Notes: generated from the letters alone by a model not told the origin. Shown: positions 31,001 through 40,763, numbered from the stretch's first letter. The stretch: DNA of 57,352 nucleotides from Actinomycetota bacterium (GCA_025963875.1 JAOPZY010000259.1:1-57352); one strand, 5' to 3'. Numbers and translations: made by a program.

Positions 31001-31033
31001 TCTGCCGGGGACCCCGGCAGACCGACCCCAACC

Positions 31034-31948
31034 TCAGCGCTGGACAGCCAGCACCTCCGCCCCCGCCTCGGCGCTGGCCACGATCTCCACCCGGGCGAAG
31101 ACCTCCTCCGCCCGCCGGGCCACCTCCTCCGCGTGGGCCTCGTTGCGGCACAGGCCCGCGATCGTCGGCCCGCTGCCGCTCAGGACGGCCCCCACGGCCC
31201 CGACGGCCCGCATGGCGTGCTTGTGTCCGGACAACCCAGGGGCCAGGTCGAAGGCCGCAGCTTCCAGGTCGTTGCGGAGCGACTTGGCGATCACCTTGGG
31301 GTGGCCGCCGACCAGCGCCTTGGCGAGCTGGATGGGACGCTCCGGCCTGCCCGGGGGGGCAGGCGAGATCTCGTCGAACCGCTGGTACACCTCGGCGGCG
31401 CCGAGGGGGAAATCCGAGATGCCGAGCACCCACCAGAGGCGGTGCGGGCACGCCATCGGGGTCACCAGGTTGCCCGTCCCCTGGACCAGCGCGGTGCCGC
31501 CCCGCAGGCAGAAGGTCACGTCGGAGCCGAGCCGGCGGCCCATGGCCTCGAGGCGGTCGCGGGTCAACTGGCCACCGCTCACGGCGTCCGCGCCGAGCAG
31601 TGCCGCAGCGGCGTCGGCGCTCCCCCCGGCGAGGCCCGCCGCCAGCGGGATCGACTTCGTCACCTCGGCAGCGAACGGCCCTGCCCCCTCGACCTCGCCC
31701 GCGTACATCGCCAGCGCCTGCTCCACGAGGTCCGGCGGCACGGGCAGGTCGCCCACGAAGCCCGGTCCCGCCGCGAAAGCGACGGGAATCGGATCCGCCG
31801 CCGTCGAGGCGTGGCGGACGACCAACGTGTCCGAGAGGTCGACCGACTGCATCACGGACGACAGCTCGTGGTAACCGTCGTCGCGGCGCTGCCCGACTGC
31901 CAGATAGAGGTTGATCTTCGCTCGTGCGACGACCTCGACCTCGGTCAC
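31034..31948 (-). CDS. ispE: 4-diphosphocytidyl-2-C-methyl-D-erythritol kinase
   Basis: AKINLYL, DGYH, IPLAAGLAGGSADAAA, LGSDV and SGSGPT motifs. Confidence 0.97.
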   Translation of the reverse strand: MTEVEVVARAKINLYLAVGQRRDDGYHELSSVMQSVDLSDTLVVRHASTAADPIPVAFAAGPGFVGDLPVPPDLVEQALAMYAGEVEGAGPFAAEVTKSIPLAAGLAGGSADAAAALLGADAVSGGQLTRDRLEAMGRRLGSDVTFCLRGGTALVQGTGNLVTPMACPHRLWWVLGISDFPLGAAEVYQRFDEISPAPPGRPERPIQLAKALVGGHPKVIAKSLRNDLEAAAFDLAPGLSGHKHAMRAVGAVGAVLSGSGPTIAGLCRNEAHAEEVARRAEEVFARVEIVASAEAGAEVLAVQR

Positions 31949-32817
31949 TGCAGCTCCCCCGAGGCGCCCCTCAAGGCGCCGGACAAAGCCTCGGTCAGGC
32001 GGGCGAACTCCTCCAGACCGAAGGTCTCCGCCCTCGCCCCCGGGTCGAGCCCGGCGGCAGCCACCGCCCGCTCCACCTCTTCGGTTGCCAGGCCGAGCAC
32101 CGAGGCGAGGGAGTTGCGGACAGTCTTGCGCCGCTGCCCGAACGCGGCGTGCACCACCCGCATCAGCGACGCAGGCTCGACGGCGACCGGCGGGGGCCGG
32201 CGCGTGAGCCGGATCAGGACCGACTCGACGGTGGGCGCGGGCCAGAAGACAGTTGGCGGGATCCGTCCCAGCAGGCGGGCCGTGGAGTGGTAGGCGACCA
32301 GCACGCTGACGGCGCCGTAGGCCTTCGACCCGGGCGGGGCGATCAGCCGCTCACCGACCTCCCGCTGGACCATCACGACGAAGTCGCAGATCTCGGGACA
32401 CCCCGTCAGCATGCCGGCCAGCAGCGGCGTGGCGATGTTGTACGGGAGGTTCGCGACGAGGCGGTGCTCGCGCCCCCCGAGCAGCGGGCCCAGGTCCATC
32501 GCCATCGCATCCCCGGCCACGACCTCCACGTTGGGAAGGTCCCCCACGACCTCCTCCAGGGCGGGCAGAAGGTGCCGGTCGATCTCGATGGCCGTCACCG
32601 ACGCGGCCCGCTCCGCCAGCGCCACGGTGAGGGCCCCGACGCCGGCCCCCACCTCCAGCACCCGGTCGCCCGCCGAGATCTCGGCCAGCCGCACGATGCG
32701 GCGGATGGTGTTGGGGTCGACGACGAAGTTCTGGCCCAGGGCCTTCGAGGGCCGGAAGCCGTGGCGGCGCGCCAGGTCCCGGATCTGGGTGGCGGTGAGC
32801 AGGGTTGCGGCGGGCAC
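31945..32817 (-). CDS. rsmA: 16S rRNA adenine dimethyltransferase KsgA
   Basis: KALGQNF, LEVGAGVG, EID, ANLPYNI, MVQREV and FGQRRKT motifs. Confidence 0.97.
   Translation of the reverse strand: MPAATLLTATQIRDLARRHGFRPSKALGQNFVVDPNTIRRIVRLAEISAGDRVLEVGAGVGALTVALAERAASVTAIEIDRHLLPALEEVVGDLPNVEVVAGDAMAMDLGPLLGGREHRLVANLPYNIATPLLAGMLTGCPEICDFVVMVQREVGERLIAPPGSKAYGAVSVLVAYHSTARLLGRIPPTVFWPAPTVESVLIRLTRRPPPVAVEPASLMRVVHAAFGQRRKTVRNSLASVLGLATEEVERAVAAAGLDPGARAETFGLEEFARLTEALSGALRGASGELQ
31961..31982 (+). repeat. 22-bp REP-like palindrome, copy 1 (inside the 3' end of rsmA)
   Basis: GAGGCGCCCCTCAAGGCGCCGG; identical or near-identical copies at 36424, 36457, 40834 and 40867. Confidence 0.8.
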
Positions 32818-32930
32818 GGCCCCACGATACCGGGGGCACGTCATGAGCAAAATGGTGAGGTGAGGCCGAGGATAGTCCTCGTTCGCGCGCCTGCGCGCGA
32901 AACAGAACTAACCCCGGAGCGGCCGAGCGC

Positions 32931-33938
32931 TCACCACTCCAGCTGGACGGGGATGATGCCCGTTCCAAGGCCACCGATCTGGGCGAAGGCGGTGGGGGAG
33001 AGGTCGATGATGCGGTCGGCGCCGGCATACGGCCCGCGGTCCCGGATGACGACGTTGACCGAGCGCCCGTTGGCGGTGTTCGTGACCTTGACCACCGTCC
33101 CGAACGGGAGCGTCGTGCTGGCGCTCGTCAGGCCCCCGATGTTGTACCAGGTGGCCATCCCCGATGCCGATCCGCCCTGACACCCGCAGGACGGCTGGTG
33201 GGTCCCGATGAGCCGGATCTCGTCGCGCGGCTGGCGCACGACCTGGGTGGTGGCGAGGACGGTGCTGACGAGCTTGCCGTCCTGGAACGTCTTGCGGAAC
33301 ACCTTCTGGGTGAGCCCGTTGGCGCCGGTCTGGGTGGTCGACTCCACCCCGAGCTCCACCTTGTCGGAGCGCTTCGTCGTCTGCCGGAAGGGGACGTCGA
33401 TGTTCTGGCGCTCGATCGTCTGGGTGATCCGCACGATCCTCACCACGGCGACGCCGGGCAGGGGGGCGGCGAGCGAGGGCGTCACCTTGTCGAGCGTGCT
33501 GATCCGCAGGCCCATCTGCACGAGCAGGGTGCCCACCGTCGGGGCCGTGGACGACCGGGTGTCGGACTGCCCGTCGTGGAGGACCATCACGGTGACCGAG
33601 ACGGTGGGCCCGGCGGTCACCGTGCCGTCGGGAGAGGACGTGGGGGCCACGGGCTGCGTGTCGGTCAGGGTGACGCCGGCGGATCCTGCTGCGGCCTGGA
33701 CAGCCTCCGCAGGGGCTGCAGGGGCTGCCGACGCCTGATCCGGAGCGCGTTGATTCGCACCGACGGTGCCCCCCATTCGAACCAGGGCAGCGGATGCGGC
33801 GGGAGCAGAATTGGCCGTGCTCCAAGCCGGTCCTCTGTCGGCGAGGGTCACCCTGCCCTCGGCGCCCAGGTAAGCGGCTGATCCGGCGGCCAACGACAGG
33901 GTGAGAAGTAGCCTGATAGCTCCCCTCACGAGCGGCAC
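32931..33938 (-). CDS. Secreted DUF348/G5 protein with C-terminal RlpA-like double-psi beta-barrel (RpfB/YabE positional homologue)
   Basis: TVGTLL..DKVTP ubiquitin-like unit, G5 domain (VPF..GANG..IGT), then ATWY, LPFGT, RDRGPY, IIDLS. Confidence 0.85.
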   Translation of the reverse strand: MPLVRGAIRLLLTLSLAAGSAAYLGAEGRVTLADRGPAWSTANSAPAASAALVRMGGTVGANQRAPDQASAAPAAPAEAVQAAAGSAGVTLTDTQPVAPTSSPDGTVTAGPTVSVTVMVLHDGQSDTRSSTAPTVGTLLVQMGLRISTLDKVTPSLAAPLPGVAVVRIVRITQTIERQNIDVPFRQTTKRSDKVELGVESTTQTGANGLTQKVFRKTFQDGKLVSTVLATTQVVRQPRDEIRLIGTHQPSCGCQGGSASGMATWYNIGGLTSASTTLPFGTVVKVTNTANGRSVNVVIRDRGPYAGADRIIDLSPTAFAQIGGLGTGIIPVQLEW

Positions 33939-34017
33939 CGTACAGGGAACAGATTGGGAAAATCAACCCGTTCAAACAGTACGAACTTAGCGCTCGGCCG
34001 TAACTACCGCGGAGTAC

Positions 34018-34830
34018 TTACACCGCCCGGAGAGCTAAACCCAGACCAAATATCGAGGCGGCATTTGCGGAGGTAACGGAAGCGATTTCCTCCATCGAGA
34101 CCCCGATGGCCGCGGCCACTGCAGCCCCCACCGCAGGCACAAATGCGGGCTCATTTGGCTTCCCCCGGTGCGGGACCGGCGCCAGGTACGGGGCGTCGGT
34201 CTCGACGAGCAACCGGTCCAGCGGCACGACGGCGCAGGCGTCACGAAGGTCCTGGGCATTTTTGTAAGAAATATTGCCGGCGAACGACACGTAGCCCCCG
34301 AGTTCCAGGCAGCGGGCCGCGTCGGCAGGCCCGCCGGAGAAGCAGTGGAAGACGAGGCGCTCCGGCGCTCCGGCCTCCTCCAGGATGCCGAAGACGTCCC
34401 GGTGGGCGTCCCGCATGTGGATCACGACGGGGACACCGAGGCGCCGGGCGAGGGCAAGCTGGCGGCGGAAGGCCTCCTGCTGGACGTCGCGCGGCGACAG
34501 GTCCCGGAAGTAGTCCAGGCCGATCTCGCCGATGGCGACGACCTTGGGCTCCGAGGCCAGCGCCTCGAGCTCGTCGAGGGCCTCCCCGGTCAGGGTCGTT
34601 GCGTCGTGGGGGTGCACGCCGACCGCCGCCCAGACGCCCTCGTGGGCCGCCGCGATGCCCGCCGCCGCCCTGCTCGTTGCCAGGTCGGTGCCGATGGTCA
34701 CCATCCGTTCGACCCCCGCCGCCCGTGCCCGCCCGATCACGGCCTGCAGGACGGCCTCCTCCCCCCCGCCCACGTCGTCGAGATGACAGTGGGCGTCAAC
34801 CCAGTCCAGCCCGGGCTCGCCGTCCGTCAC
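34018..34830 (-). CDS. tatD: TatD-family hydrolase
   Basis: DAHCH, GVHPH, IGEIGLDY, HCFSG, ETDAPYL and RGKPNEP motifs. Confidence 0.95.
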   Translation of the reverse strand: MTDGEPGLDWVDAHCHLDDVGGGEEAVLQAVIGRARAAGVERMVTIGTDLATSRAAAGIAAAHEGVWAAVGVHPHDATTLTGEALDELEALASEPKVVAIGEIGLDYFRDLSPRDVQQEAFRRQLALARRLGVPVVIHMRDAHRDVFGILEEAGAPERLVFHCFSGGPADAARCLELGGYVSFAGNISYKNAQDLRDACAVVPLDRLLVETDAPYLAPVPHRGKPNEPAFVPAVGAAVAAAIGVSMEEIASVTSANAASIFGLGLALRAV

Positions 34831-36371
34831 CCCTGGGCCTCCAGGCGGGGGAACACCGCCTCCCCCCGCTCGACCTTGGTGCCGGCCGCCAGGTCGCCCC
34901 AGGCGAGGGCAACGGGGAGCGGGCGGGTCTCCACACCGGGCAGACCCAGCTGGGCCCTGATCCGCCGCGACGCCGCGGGCATCGCCGGCGAGAACAGCAC
35001 CGACAGCTGCCGGATCGCCTCGGTGGCCGAGTACAGCACGGTGGCAAGGCGCTGCCGTGCCTCCGGAGACGGGTCCTTGGCCAGCTTCCACGGCGCCGCC
35101 TCGTTGATGTACAGGTTGGTGGCCCGGGCAAGGGACATCACCGCTTCCAGCGCCCCCGCCGGGTCGAGCGCCTCCACGCCGCGGTCGAGCCCCGCGGCAG
35201 CCTCGGCCGCCTTCTGCCCCAGCAAGACCTCGGCCTCCGTCGCCTCGCCAGGGACCGGCACGACGCCGTCGAAGTAGCTCGTCACCATCGCCAGCGTGCG
35301 GCTCACCAGGTTGCCGAGGTCGTTGGCGAGATCGGCGTTGTAGCGGGCCAGCATCGCCTCGTACGAGAAGGCGCCGTCCTGCCCGAACGTCCCGTCCCGC
35401 AGGAAGTGGTAGCGGTAGCCGTCGGAACCGAACTCGTCCAGCAGCGTGTGGGGCGAGATCCCGGTCAGGTTGGTCTTCGACATCTTCTTGCCGCCCACCG
35501 TGAGGTAGCCGTGGGCGAACACGTGCCGGGGAAGCGGCAGGCCGGCGGCCATCAGCAAGGCGGGCCAGATGACCGCGTGCTGGCGCAGGATGTCCTTGCC
35601 GATGATGTGGTAGTCCGCCGGCCACGTCCGCTCGAAGCGCTCCTGGTCCGAGCCGAACCCCACCGCGGTGATGTAATTCTGCAGGGCGTCCACCCACACG
35701 TACATCACGTGCGCCGGATCCCAGGGGATCGGCACGCCCCAGCCGAACGACGTCCTCGACATCGACAGGTCCTGGAGCCCGGCCCGCACGAAGGCGAGGA
35801 CCTCGTTGCGGCGGCTCTCCGGCGCGACGAAGTCGGGCTGCGTCTCGTAGAGCTCGATCAACCGGTCCTGGTAGGCGGACAACCGGAAGAAGTAGTTGTG
35901 CTCCTTCAGCATCACCACCGGCGTCTCGTGGATCGGGCAGAGGCCGTCGACGATCTCGGACGGCTGGTAGAAGCTCTCGCAGGCCACGCAGTACGGCCCC
36001 TCGTACTCGCCGAGGTAGACGTCGCCCTGGTCGTAGAGCTGTTGCGCCAGCTTCTGCACCGGGGCGGTGTGGCGCTCCTCGGTGGTGCGGATGAAATCGT
36101 CGTAGGAGATCTCGAGCCGTTCCCAGACCTCCTTCCAGCGGGGTACCACGTGGTCGGCCCAGGCCTGCGGCTCGAGCCCGGCGGCGGCGGCCGCGAGGGC
36201 CACCTTCTCGCCGTGCTCGTCGGTTCCTGTGAGGAAATGGACCCTCTCACCGCGGAGGCGGTGGTAGCGGGCCAGGAAATCCGCGGCCACGGTGGTGTAG
36301 GCGTGCCCGATGTGGGGAACATCGTTGACGTAGTAGATCGGAGTGGTGAGATAGAACGTGTCTTTTGACAT
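34827..36371 (-). CDS. metG: Methionyl-tRNA synthetase (short form)
   Basis: TTPIYY, HIGH, GTDEHG, YVWVDAL, GKDIL, KMSKT and LANDLGNL motifs. Confidence 0.98.
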   Translation of the reverse strand: MSKDTFYLTTPIYYVNDVPHIGHAYTTVAADFLARYHRLRGERVHFLTGTDEHGEKVALAAAAAGLEPQAWADHVVPRWKEVWERLEISYDDFIRTTEERHTAPVQKLAQQLYDQGDVYLGEYEGPYCVACESFYQPSEIVDGLCPIHETPVVMLKEHNYFFRLSAYQDRLIELYETQPDFVAPESRRNEVLAFVRAGLQDLSMSRTSFGWGVPIPWDPAHVMYVWVDALQNYITAVGFGSDQERFERTWPADYHIIGKDILRQHAVIWPALLMAAGLPLPRHVFAHGYLTVGGKKMSKTNLTGISPHTLLDEFGSDGYRYHFLRDGTFGQDGAFSYEAMLARYNADLANDLGNLVSRTLAMVTSYFDGVVPVPGEATEAEVLLGQKAAEAAAGLDRGVEALDPAGALEAVMSLARATNLYINEAAPWKLAKDPSPEARQRLATVLYSATEAIRQLSVLFSPAMPAASRRIRAQLGLPGVETRPLPVALAWGDLAAGTKVERGEAVFPRLEAQG

Positions 36372-36423
36372 GGTGTCCAGCTGGAGGGGGTAGACGAGTG
36401 GGGGACACGAATAGTATCGCCCC

Positions 36424-36482
36424 GAGGCGCCCCTCAAGGCGCCGGGTAGAAACACGGGGGCGCCCCTCAAGGCGCCGGGTAG
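36424..36482 (+). repeat. Two tandem copies (33-bp period) of the REP-like palindrome in the metG/abrB divergent intergenic region
   Basis: GGCGCCCCTCAAGGCGCCGGGTAG at 36426 and 36459. Confidence 0.85.
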
Positions 36483-36554
36483 CAACTCGGGTCGGCCCGC
36501 CCGCCGGGAGGGTCAATCTTGCCTGAGCCAAGCGTCCCGGCGATGGGTTCGGGG

Positions 36555-36836
36555 ATGAGAGCCACTGGTATGGCCCGCAAGGTCGACGACCTGGGTCGGG
36601 TCGTGGTCCCCGCCGAGATGCGCAAGTCCTTCGGCATCCGGGAAGGCGACTACCTCGACATCTCCGTTGAGGACGACCGCATCATCCTCGTCAAGCGCCA
36701 GGATGCCTGCGTGTTCTGCCGCTCGTCGGAGGACCTGAAGGATTTCCGGGGCCGGATGGTCTGCGCCGGCTGCATCGGGGAGCTCAGCGGTGCGCCCGAG
36801 TTGCGCCCGTGGGAGATGTTCACCGAGGAAACCTGA
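36555..36836 (+). CDS. abrB: AbrB-family transition-state regulator with C-terminal CxxC..CxxC
   Basis: MRATGMARKVDDLGRVVVPAEMRKSFGI swapped-hairpin signature; CVFC and CAGC; divergent from metG. Confidence 0.85.
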   Translation: MRATGMARKVDDLGRVVVPAEMRKSFGIREGDYLDISVEDDRIILVKRQDACVFCRSSEDLKDFRGRMVCAGCIGELSGAPELRPWEMFTEET

Positions 36837-36839
36837 GCC

Positions 36840-37661
36840 TCAAGCTTCTTCCAGCAGCGCCTCGTACACGTCGCGCCGGAGCACCCCGTGGGCAGAGGCC
36901 GCCTCCCTGGCCGCTGCGCCTTTCGGCTGCCCGCTGTCGTGCAGCTCCCTGGCCATCGCCACCGCCGCCGTGAGGCTGCCCCCCGCGCTGGGCAGGCCCT
37001 CGACGACGATGACCACCTCCCCCTTGACCTCATCGCCCTGCAACTCTGCGATCAGCTCGGGCAGCGTCGCCCGGAGCACCTCCTCGTGCACCTTGGTCAG
37101 CTCCCGCGCAACGGCGGCCCGGCGGGGGCCGAAGATGTCGAGCATCGCCTCCAGCGCCGCAGCCACCCGTCCGGGGGCCTCGAAGAACACCAGGGTCCGG
37201 TCGTCCTGAGCAATGGCCTCCAGGCGGCGGCGCCGCTCCCCGGGCTTGCGGGACAGGAAGCCCTCGAAGGCGAACCGGGCCGGGGGCAGGCCCGAGACGA
37301 CGAGGGCGGCCAGCACGGCCGAGGGGCCGGGTACGACCTCGACCGCAATCCCTTCCTCGATACACGCTCGCACCAGGTGCCATCCGGGGTCCGAGACCGA
37401 CGGCATGCCCGCGTCGGTGACCAGCGCGATGCGCTGGCCGCGCCGGAGGCGCTCGACCAGCTCGGGGGTGCGGGCCGCCTCGTTCGCCTCGTGGTACGAG
37501 ACCAGGTGGGCGTGGATGCCGTAGTGGGTGAGCAGCTTGCGGGTCCGGCGTGTGTCCTCGGCGGCGACGGCGTCCACCTCGGCGAGGGTGCGTAGCAGGC
37601 GCAGCGTCACGTCCTCGAGGTTGCCGATCGGGGTGGCACAGACGAAGAGGCGGCCTTCCAT
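36840..37661 (-). CDS. rsmI: 16S rRNA C1402 2'-O-methyltransferase
   Basis: ATPIGNLED, AEDTR, DAGMPSVSDPG, FEGFL and RELTKVHEE motifs. Confidence 0.97.
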   Translation of the reverse strand: MEGRLFVCATPIGNLEDVTLRLLRTLAEVDAVAAEDTRRTRKLLTHYGIHAHLVSYHEANEAARTPELVERLRRGQRIALVTDAGMPSVSDPGWHLVRACIEEGIAVEVVPGPSAVLAALVVSGLPPARFAFEGFLSRKPGERRRRLEAIAQDDRTLVFFEAPGRVAAALEAMLDIFGPRRAAVARELTKVHEEVLRATLPELIAELQGDEVKGEVVIVVEGLPSAGGSLTAAVAMARELHDSGQPKGAAAREAASAHGVLRRDVYEALLEEA

Positions 37662-37670
37662 CGTGGAGCC

Positions 37671-38006
37671 TTACGTGCCCGTCCGGATGAGGGTCGTCCC
37701 GGGGGCGAGGCCGAGCCGGGACGCCTCCCCCGCCTGGAGTTCCAGGATGTAGCGGGCACGCAGCACGATGGGGCCGACGCGTCCCGGCGGCATCGTCGCC
37801 ACCCGGATGACGGAGCCCTTCGACGACAGGTAGATGGTGTCGATCGCGAAGCGCATGCCGATGGTGTGCACCATGCTCGTGCGCAGCAGGAGGCCGGTGC
37901 CTGGGGGCAGCCCCCGCTGTCCCAGCAGCCCCTGCAGGTTGCCGAGCAGGCCCTTCGCCTCGATGAGCGCGATGCAGATGGTGCCCTCCGGATCGACGAG
38001 TTCCAT
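37671..38006 (-). CDS. DUF192 family protein
   Basis: GLLG..GLLL..VHTIGMRFAIDTIYL..YILELQAG pattern. Confidence 0.8.
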   Translation of the reverse strand: MELVDPEGTICIALIEAKGLLGNLQGLLGQRGLPPGTGLLLRTSMVHTIGMRFAIDTIYLSSKGSVIRVATMPPGRVGPIVLRARYILELQAGEASRLGLAPGTTLIRTGT

Positions 38007-38106
38007 AGGGCCCTTTCTGTCGCTGTGAGCCACTCCGACGCCGCCGTTTTGGGTCGCCTGTGGCCCTGCCCGGGACCGGCGCCGGCGGCCAAACGTACCA
38101 CCGCAG

Positions 38107-39906
38107 GTGTCTATACTCGGTCCGGGGGCAGTCGTCGTCAGCGAGCCGTTCGTCAGAAGGGACCCTCAGTCGACCGAGCGAGTTGAAATACAGGAGGGGC
38201 TCCCAGCTCCAGCGCCGCCCCCCTACGTCGAAGACCTGCCCTCCCGTCCTCCCGAGCCCCTCTCCTGGACGGGGCTGGACTGGCTGCTGGTCATGGCCGT
38301 CACCACGTTCGGTGCCGTGCTGCGCTTCGCCCGGCTTGCCTACCCCAATGCCCTGGTCTTCGACGAGGTCTACTACGCCAAGGACGCCTGCCTGTACCTC
38401 GCCAAGGGGATGAGGTTCTGCGGCACCCCCGCCGCCACGGAACAGTCCTTCGTCCATCCTCCGCTGGGCAAGTGGATCATCGCGGTGGGGATCAGGGTCT
38501 TCGGCTTCAACTCCTTCGGCTGGCGCTTCATGGCGGCCGTCTTCGGCACCGCAATGATCCCGATCGCGTTCCTCATCGGCAGGAAGCTGTTCGGCAGATG
38601 GGGCGGGGTGGTCACGGGCCTGCTGGTCGCCACGGACTTCCTGCTCATCGTGCAGAGCCGGGCGGCGATGCTCGATATCTTCCTCGCCTTCTTCGTCGTG
38701 CTGGGGTTCCTCTTTGTGGTCCTGGAGCGCGAGCGGGTGGCGCGGATGCGCTACAGGGGTGGCGGCGGCCTCGACCTGCGATGGCGCCTGGCGGCCGGCG
38801 CGTCGTTCGGCGCCGCCGCCTCGGTGAAATGGTCGGGCGCCTACGCGTTCGCGGCGGGCGGCTTCCTGGTGGTCTTCTGGACCGTGGGCACCGCACTGGC
38901 GATGCGACGAGCGGAGGCCCCCGGGCAACGTCCCAGGGCGCCCGGGCCCCTGACGGAGCTGAACTTCACCATCATCGCGATGGCCTTCCCGTTCGTGGCC
39001 GTCTACCTGCTCAGCTACTCGGTCTGGTTCTACGACCACCACTTCTCATTCAGCCAGTTCCAGGGGCTGCAGAGCTCGATGCTGCAGTACCACCTGCACC
39101 TCACCCAGAAGCACACCTACGCCTCGCCGGCGTGGAAATGGCCGCTGCTGTGGCGCCCCGTGGCGTACTACTTCACCGGCGGGGCCAAGGCCACCCACAT
39201 CCTGGCCGTGGGCAACCCGGCCACGTGGTGGCCCGCCCTGGCCGCCGGGGTCTGGATGGCCGTGCAGGCCTTCCGCTACCCCCATACCGCCGAGGGCAGG
39301 CGCATCGCCGGGCAGGGCGGCCCGGTCCGGACGCTGTCGCTGCGGGGAGGCTTCCCGGACTTCTCGCCTGCGCCGCCACGCCGCTCCTCCCGGTGGTCGT
39401 ATCTCTACGGGGTGCTCTGGGCGCCGGCGACCCTGGTGATCCTGGCGTGGTTGGTGCAGTACCTGCCCTGGGCGAACTTCTCCCGGCCGCAGTTCTTCTT
39501 CTACATGGCGCCCATCGTGCCGTTCATGATGCTGGCTCTGGCGGCGATGCTGCGGGACATTGTCAGGGGCTACCTGCGGGAATCGGCGCTGATGGCCTCC
39601 TGCCTTGGGGCGGCGCTGCTCGCCCTGGCGGCGTTGCTGCTGTTCGTGCACCCGTTCGGGTTCGGCGTGGACCTGGCCGGCCAGCGGCGCATCGTGGAGG
39701 TTGCCGGGGTCCCCATCCTGGTGCTCGGGCTCGCCCTGGCGCTGGGCTACTCGGAGGCGACGGCGATCTACCGGAAGGCGCTCGTGGGGGTCTACCTGGC
39801 CCTGGCCTGCGGCGTGGTGCTGTACTACTTCTATCCCGTGATCGCCGCCTGGGCCATCCCGTTCACCCAGTGGCAGCACCGGATGCTGTTCCCAACCTGG
39901 ATCTGA
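38107..39906 (+). CDS. pmt: Protein O-mannosyltransferase-like GT-C glycosyltransferase
   Basis: VFDEVYY, VHPPLGKW, FGWR, SRAAMLD, KWSG, HTYAS..W.WP, GNP, WLVQYLPW; start uncertain. Confidence 0.85.
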   Translation: MSILGPGAVVVSEPFVRRDPQSTERVEIQEGLPAPAPPPYVEDLPSRPPEPLSWTGLDWLLVMAVTTFGAVLRFARLAYPNALVFDEVYYAKDACLYLAKGMRFCGTPAATEQSFVHPPLGKWIIAVGIRVFGFNSFGWRFMAAVFGTAMIPIAFLIGRKLFGRWGGVVTGLLVATDFLLIVQSRAAMLDIFLAFFVVLGFLFVVLERERVARMRYRGGGGLDLRWRLAAGASFGAAASVKWSGAYAFAAGGFLVVFWTVGTALAMRRAEAPGQRPRAPGPLTELNFTIIAMAFPFVAVYLLSYSVWFYDHHFSFSQFQGLQSSMLQYHLHLTQKHTYASPAWKWPLLWRPVAYYFTGGAKATHILAVGNPATWWPALAAGVWMAVQAFRYPHTAEGRRIAGQGGPVRTLSLRGGFPDFSPAPPRRSSRWSYLYGVLWAPATLVILAWLVQYLPWANFSRPQFFFYMAPIVPFMMLALAAMLRDIVRGYLRESALMASCLGAALLALAALLLFVHPFGFGVDLAGQRRIVEVAGVPILVLGLALALGYSEATAIYRKALVGVYLALACGVVLYYFYPVIAAWAIPFTQWQHRMLFPTWI

Positions 39907-39920
39907 GGCCCTCTCGTCTC

Positions 39921-40229
39921 TTACGCCAGGGGAGGCGGCGGGGGAGTGTCGACGGGGGCCGGCGCCGGGACCGGGGGGGCCGGCGCAACGGGGGCCGGGG
40001 CCGCGTCGACGGGCTGGGCGACCGCCTGAGCCGGGGCAGGAGGCGGAACGGCGGCCGGCGTCGAGGAGGTCTGGGGCTCGTCGTCGGTGAGGTGGTTGAG
40101 CGCCCCTTTGAACTCCCGGATCCCCTTGCCCAGCGACTTGCCGATGTCCGGCAGCCGCTTCGGGCCGAAGATCAGGAGGGCCCCGATGAGGACGAGAATG
40201 ATGTGGCCTGGGCTGAAGAAATCCACCAT
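39921..40229 (-). CDS. tatA: Twin-arginine translocase TatA/E subunit
   Basis: TM helix then LIFGPKRLPDIGKSLGKGIREFK; Pro-rich tail. Confidence 0.93.
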   Translation of the reverse strand: MVDFFSPGHIILVLIGALLIFGPKRLPDIGKSLGKGIREFKGALNHLTDDEPQTSSTPAAVPPPAPAQAVAQPVDAAPAPVAPAPPVPAPAPVDTPPPPPLA

Positions 40230-40307
40230 GAGACCGTCTCCTTCTAGGCTCTTTGCAGGGGTCGAGGACGCTCGACTTACCTTAGCACCGGCCAGCGCCT
40301 AATCGGC

Positions 40308-40763
40308 TCAGCGCTTGCGGGCGTACTTGCCGGTGAGCTGCGTCTGGCCCAGGACCTTGCCCGACAGGGCATAGGGGAGGTCGTCGCGGGGGCTGGCGCC
40401 CTCGGCGAGGCCGCTCGGCTCGCCGAGGGCGAGCAGGGTGAAGATGAAGCGGTGCGCCTTGCCGATCGGGGGGCACGGGCCCGACCAGTCGGTCCGGCCG
40501 TAGTCGTTCTTGCCACCGAGGGAGCCAGCGGGGGCCTTCCCCTCCTCGAGGCCGTCGAGCTCGGGGCTGATGCCGAACAGTATCCACTGCACCAGCGTGC
40601 CGCCCGGGGCGTCCGGGTCCTCGAAGAGCAGGGCGAGCTCGACGGTGCCCTCGGGCACCTCGGTCCAGGTGAGCGGCGGCGAGATGTTGTCCCCGTCGCA
40701 TGTGTGCTGGACGGGCATGAAGGCGTTGTTGGCGAATGCGGGGCTCGTCAGCGTGAATGCCAT
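40308..40763 (-). CDS. YbhB/YbcL Raf-kinase-inhibitor-like (PEBP) protein
   Basis: LTSPAF, SPPLTW, DPDAP, GPCPP and HRF motifs. Confidence 0.92.
   Translation of the reverse strand: MAFTLTSPAFANNAFMPVQHTCDGDNISPPLTWTEVPEGTVELALLFEDPDAPGGTLVQWILFGISPELDGLEEGKAPAGSLGGKNDYGRTDWSGPCPPIGKAHRFIFTLLALGEPSGLAEGASPRDDLPYALSGKVLGQTQLTGKYARKR

Noticed and set aside
33939..34017. c-di-AMP (ydaO) riboswitch upstream of the RpfB-position gene
   Set aside because: The gap is short and lacks recognisable ydaO conserved segments.
36424..36482. CRISPR array interpretation of the 33-bp-period repeats (also 40830-40895)
   Set aside because: Only two units per site, linkers of about 10 bp, and no cas genes.
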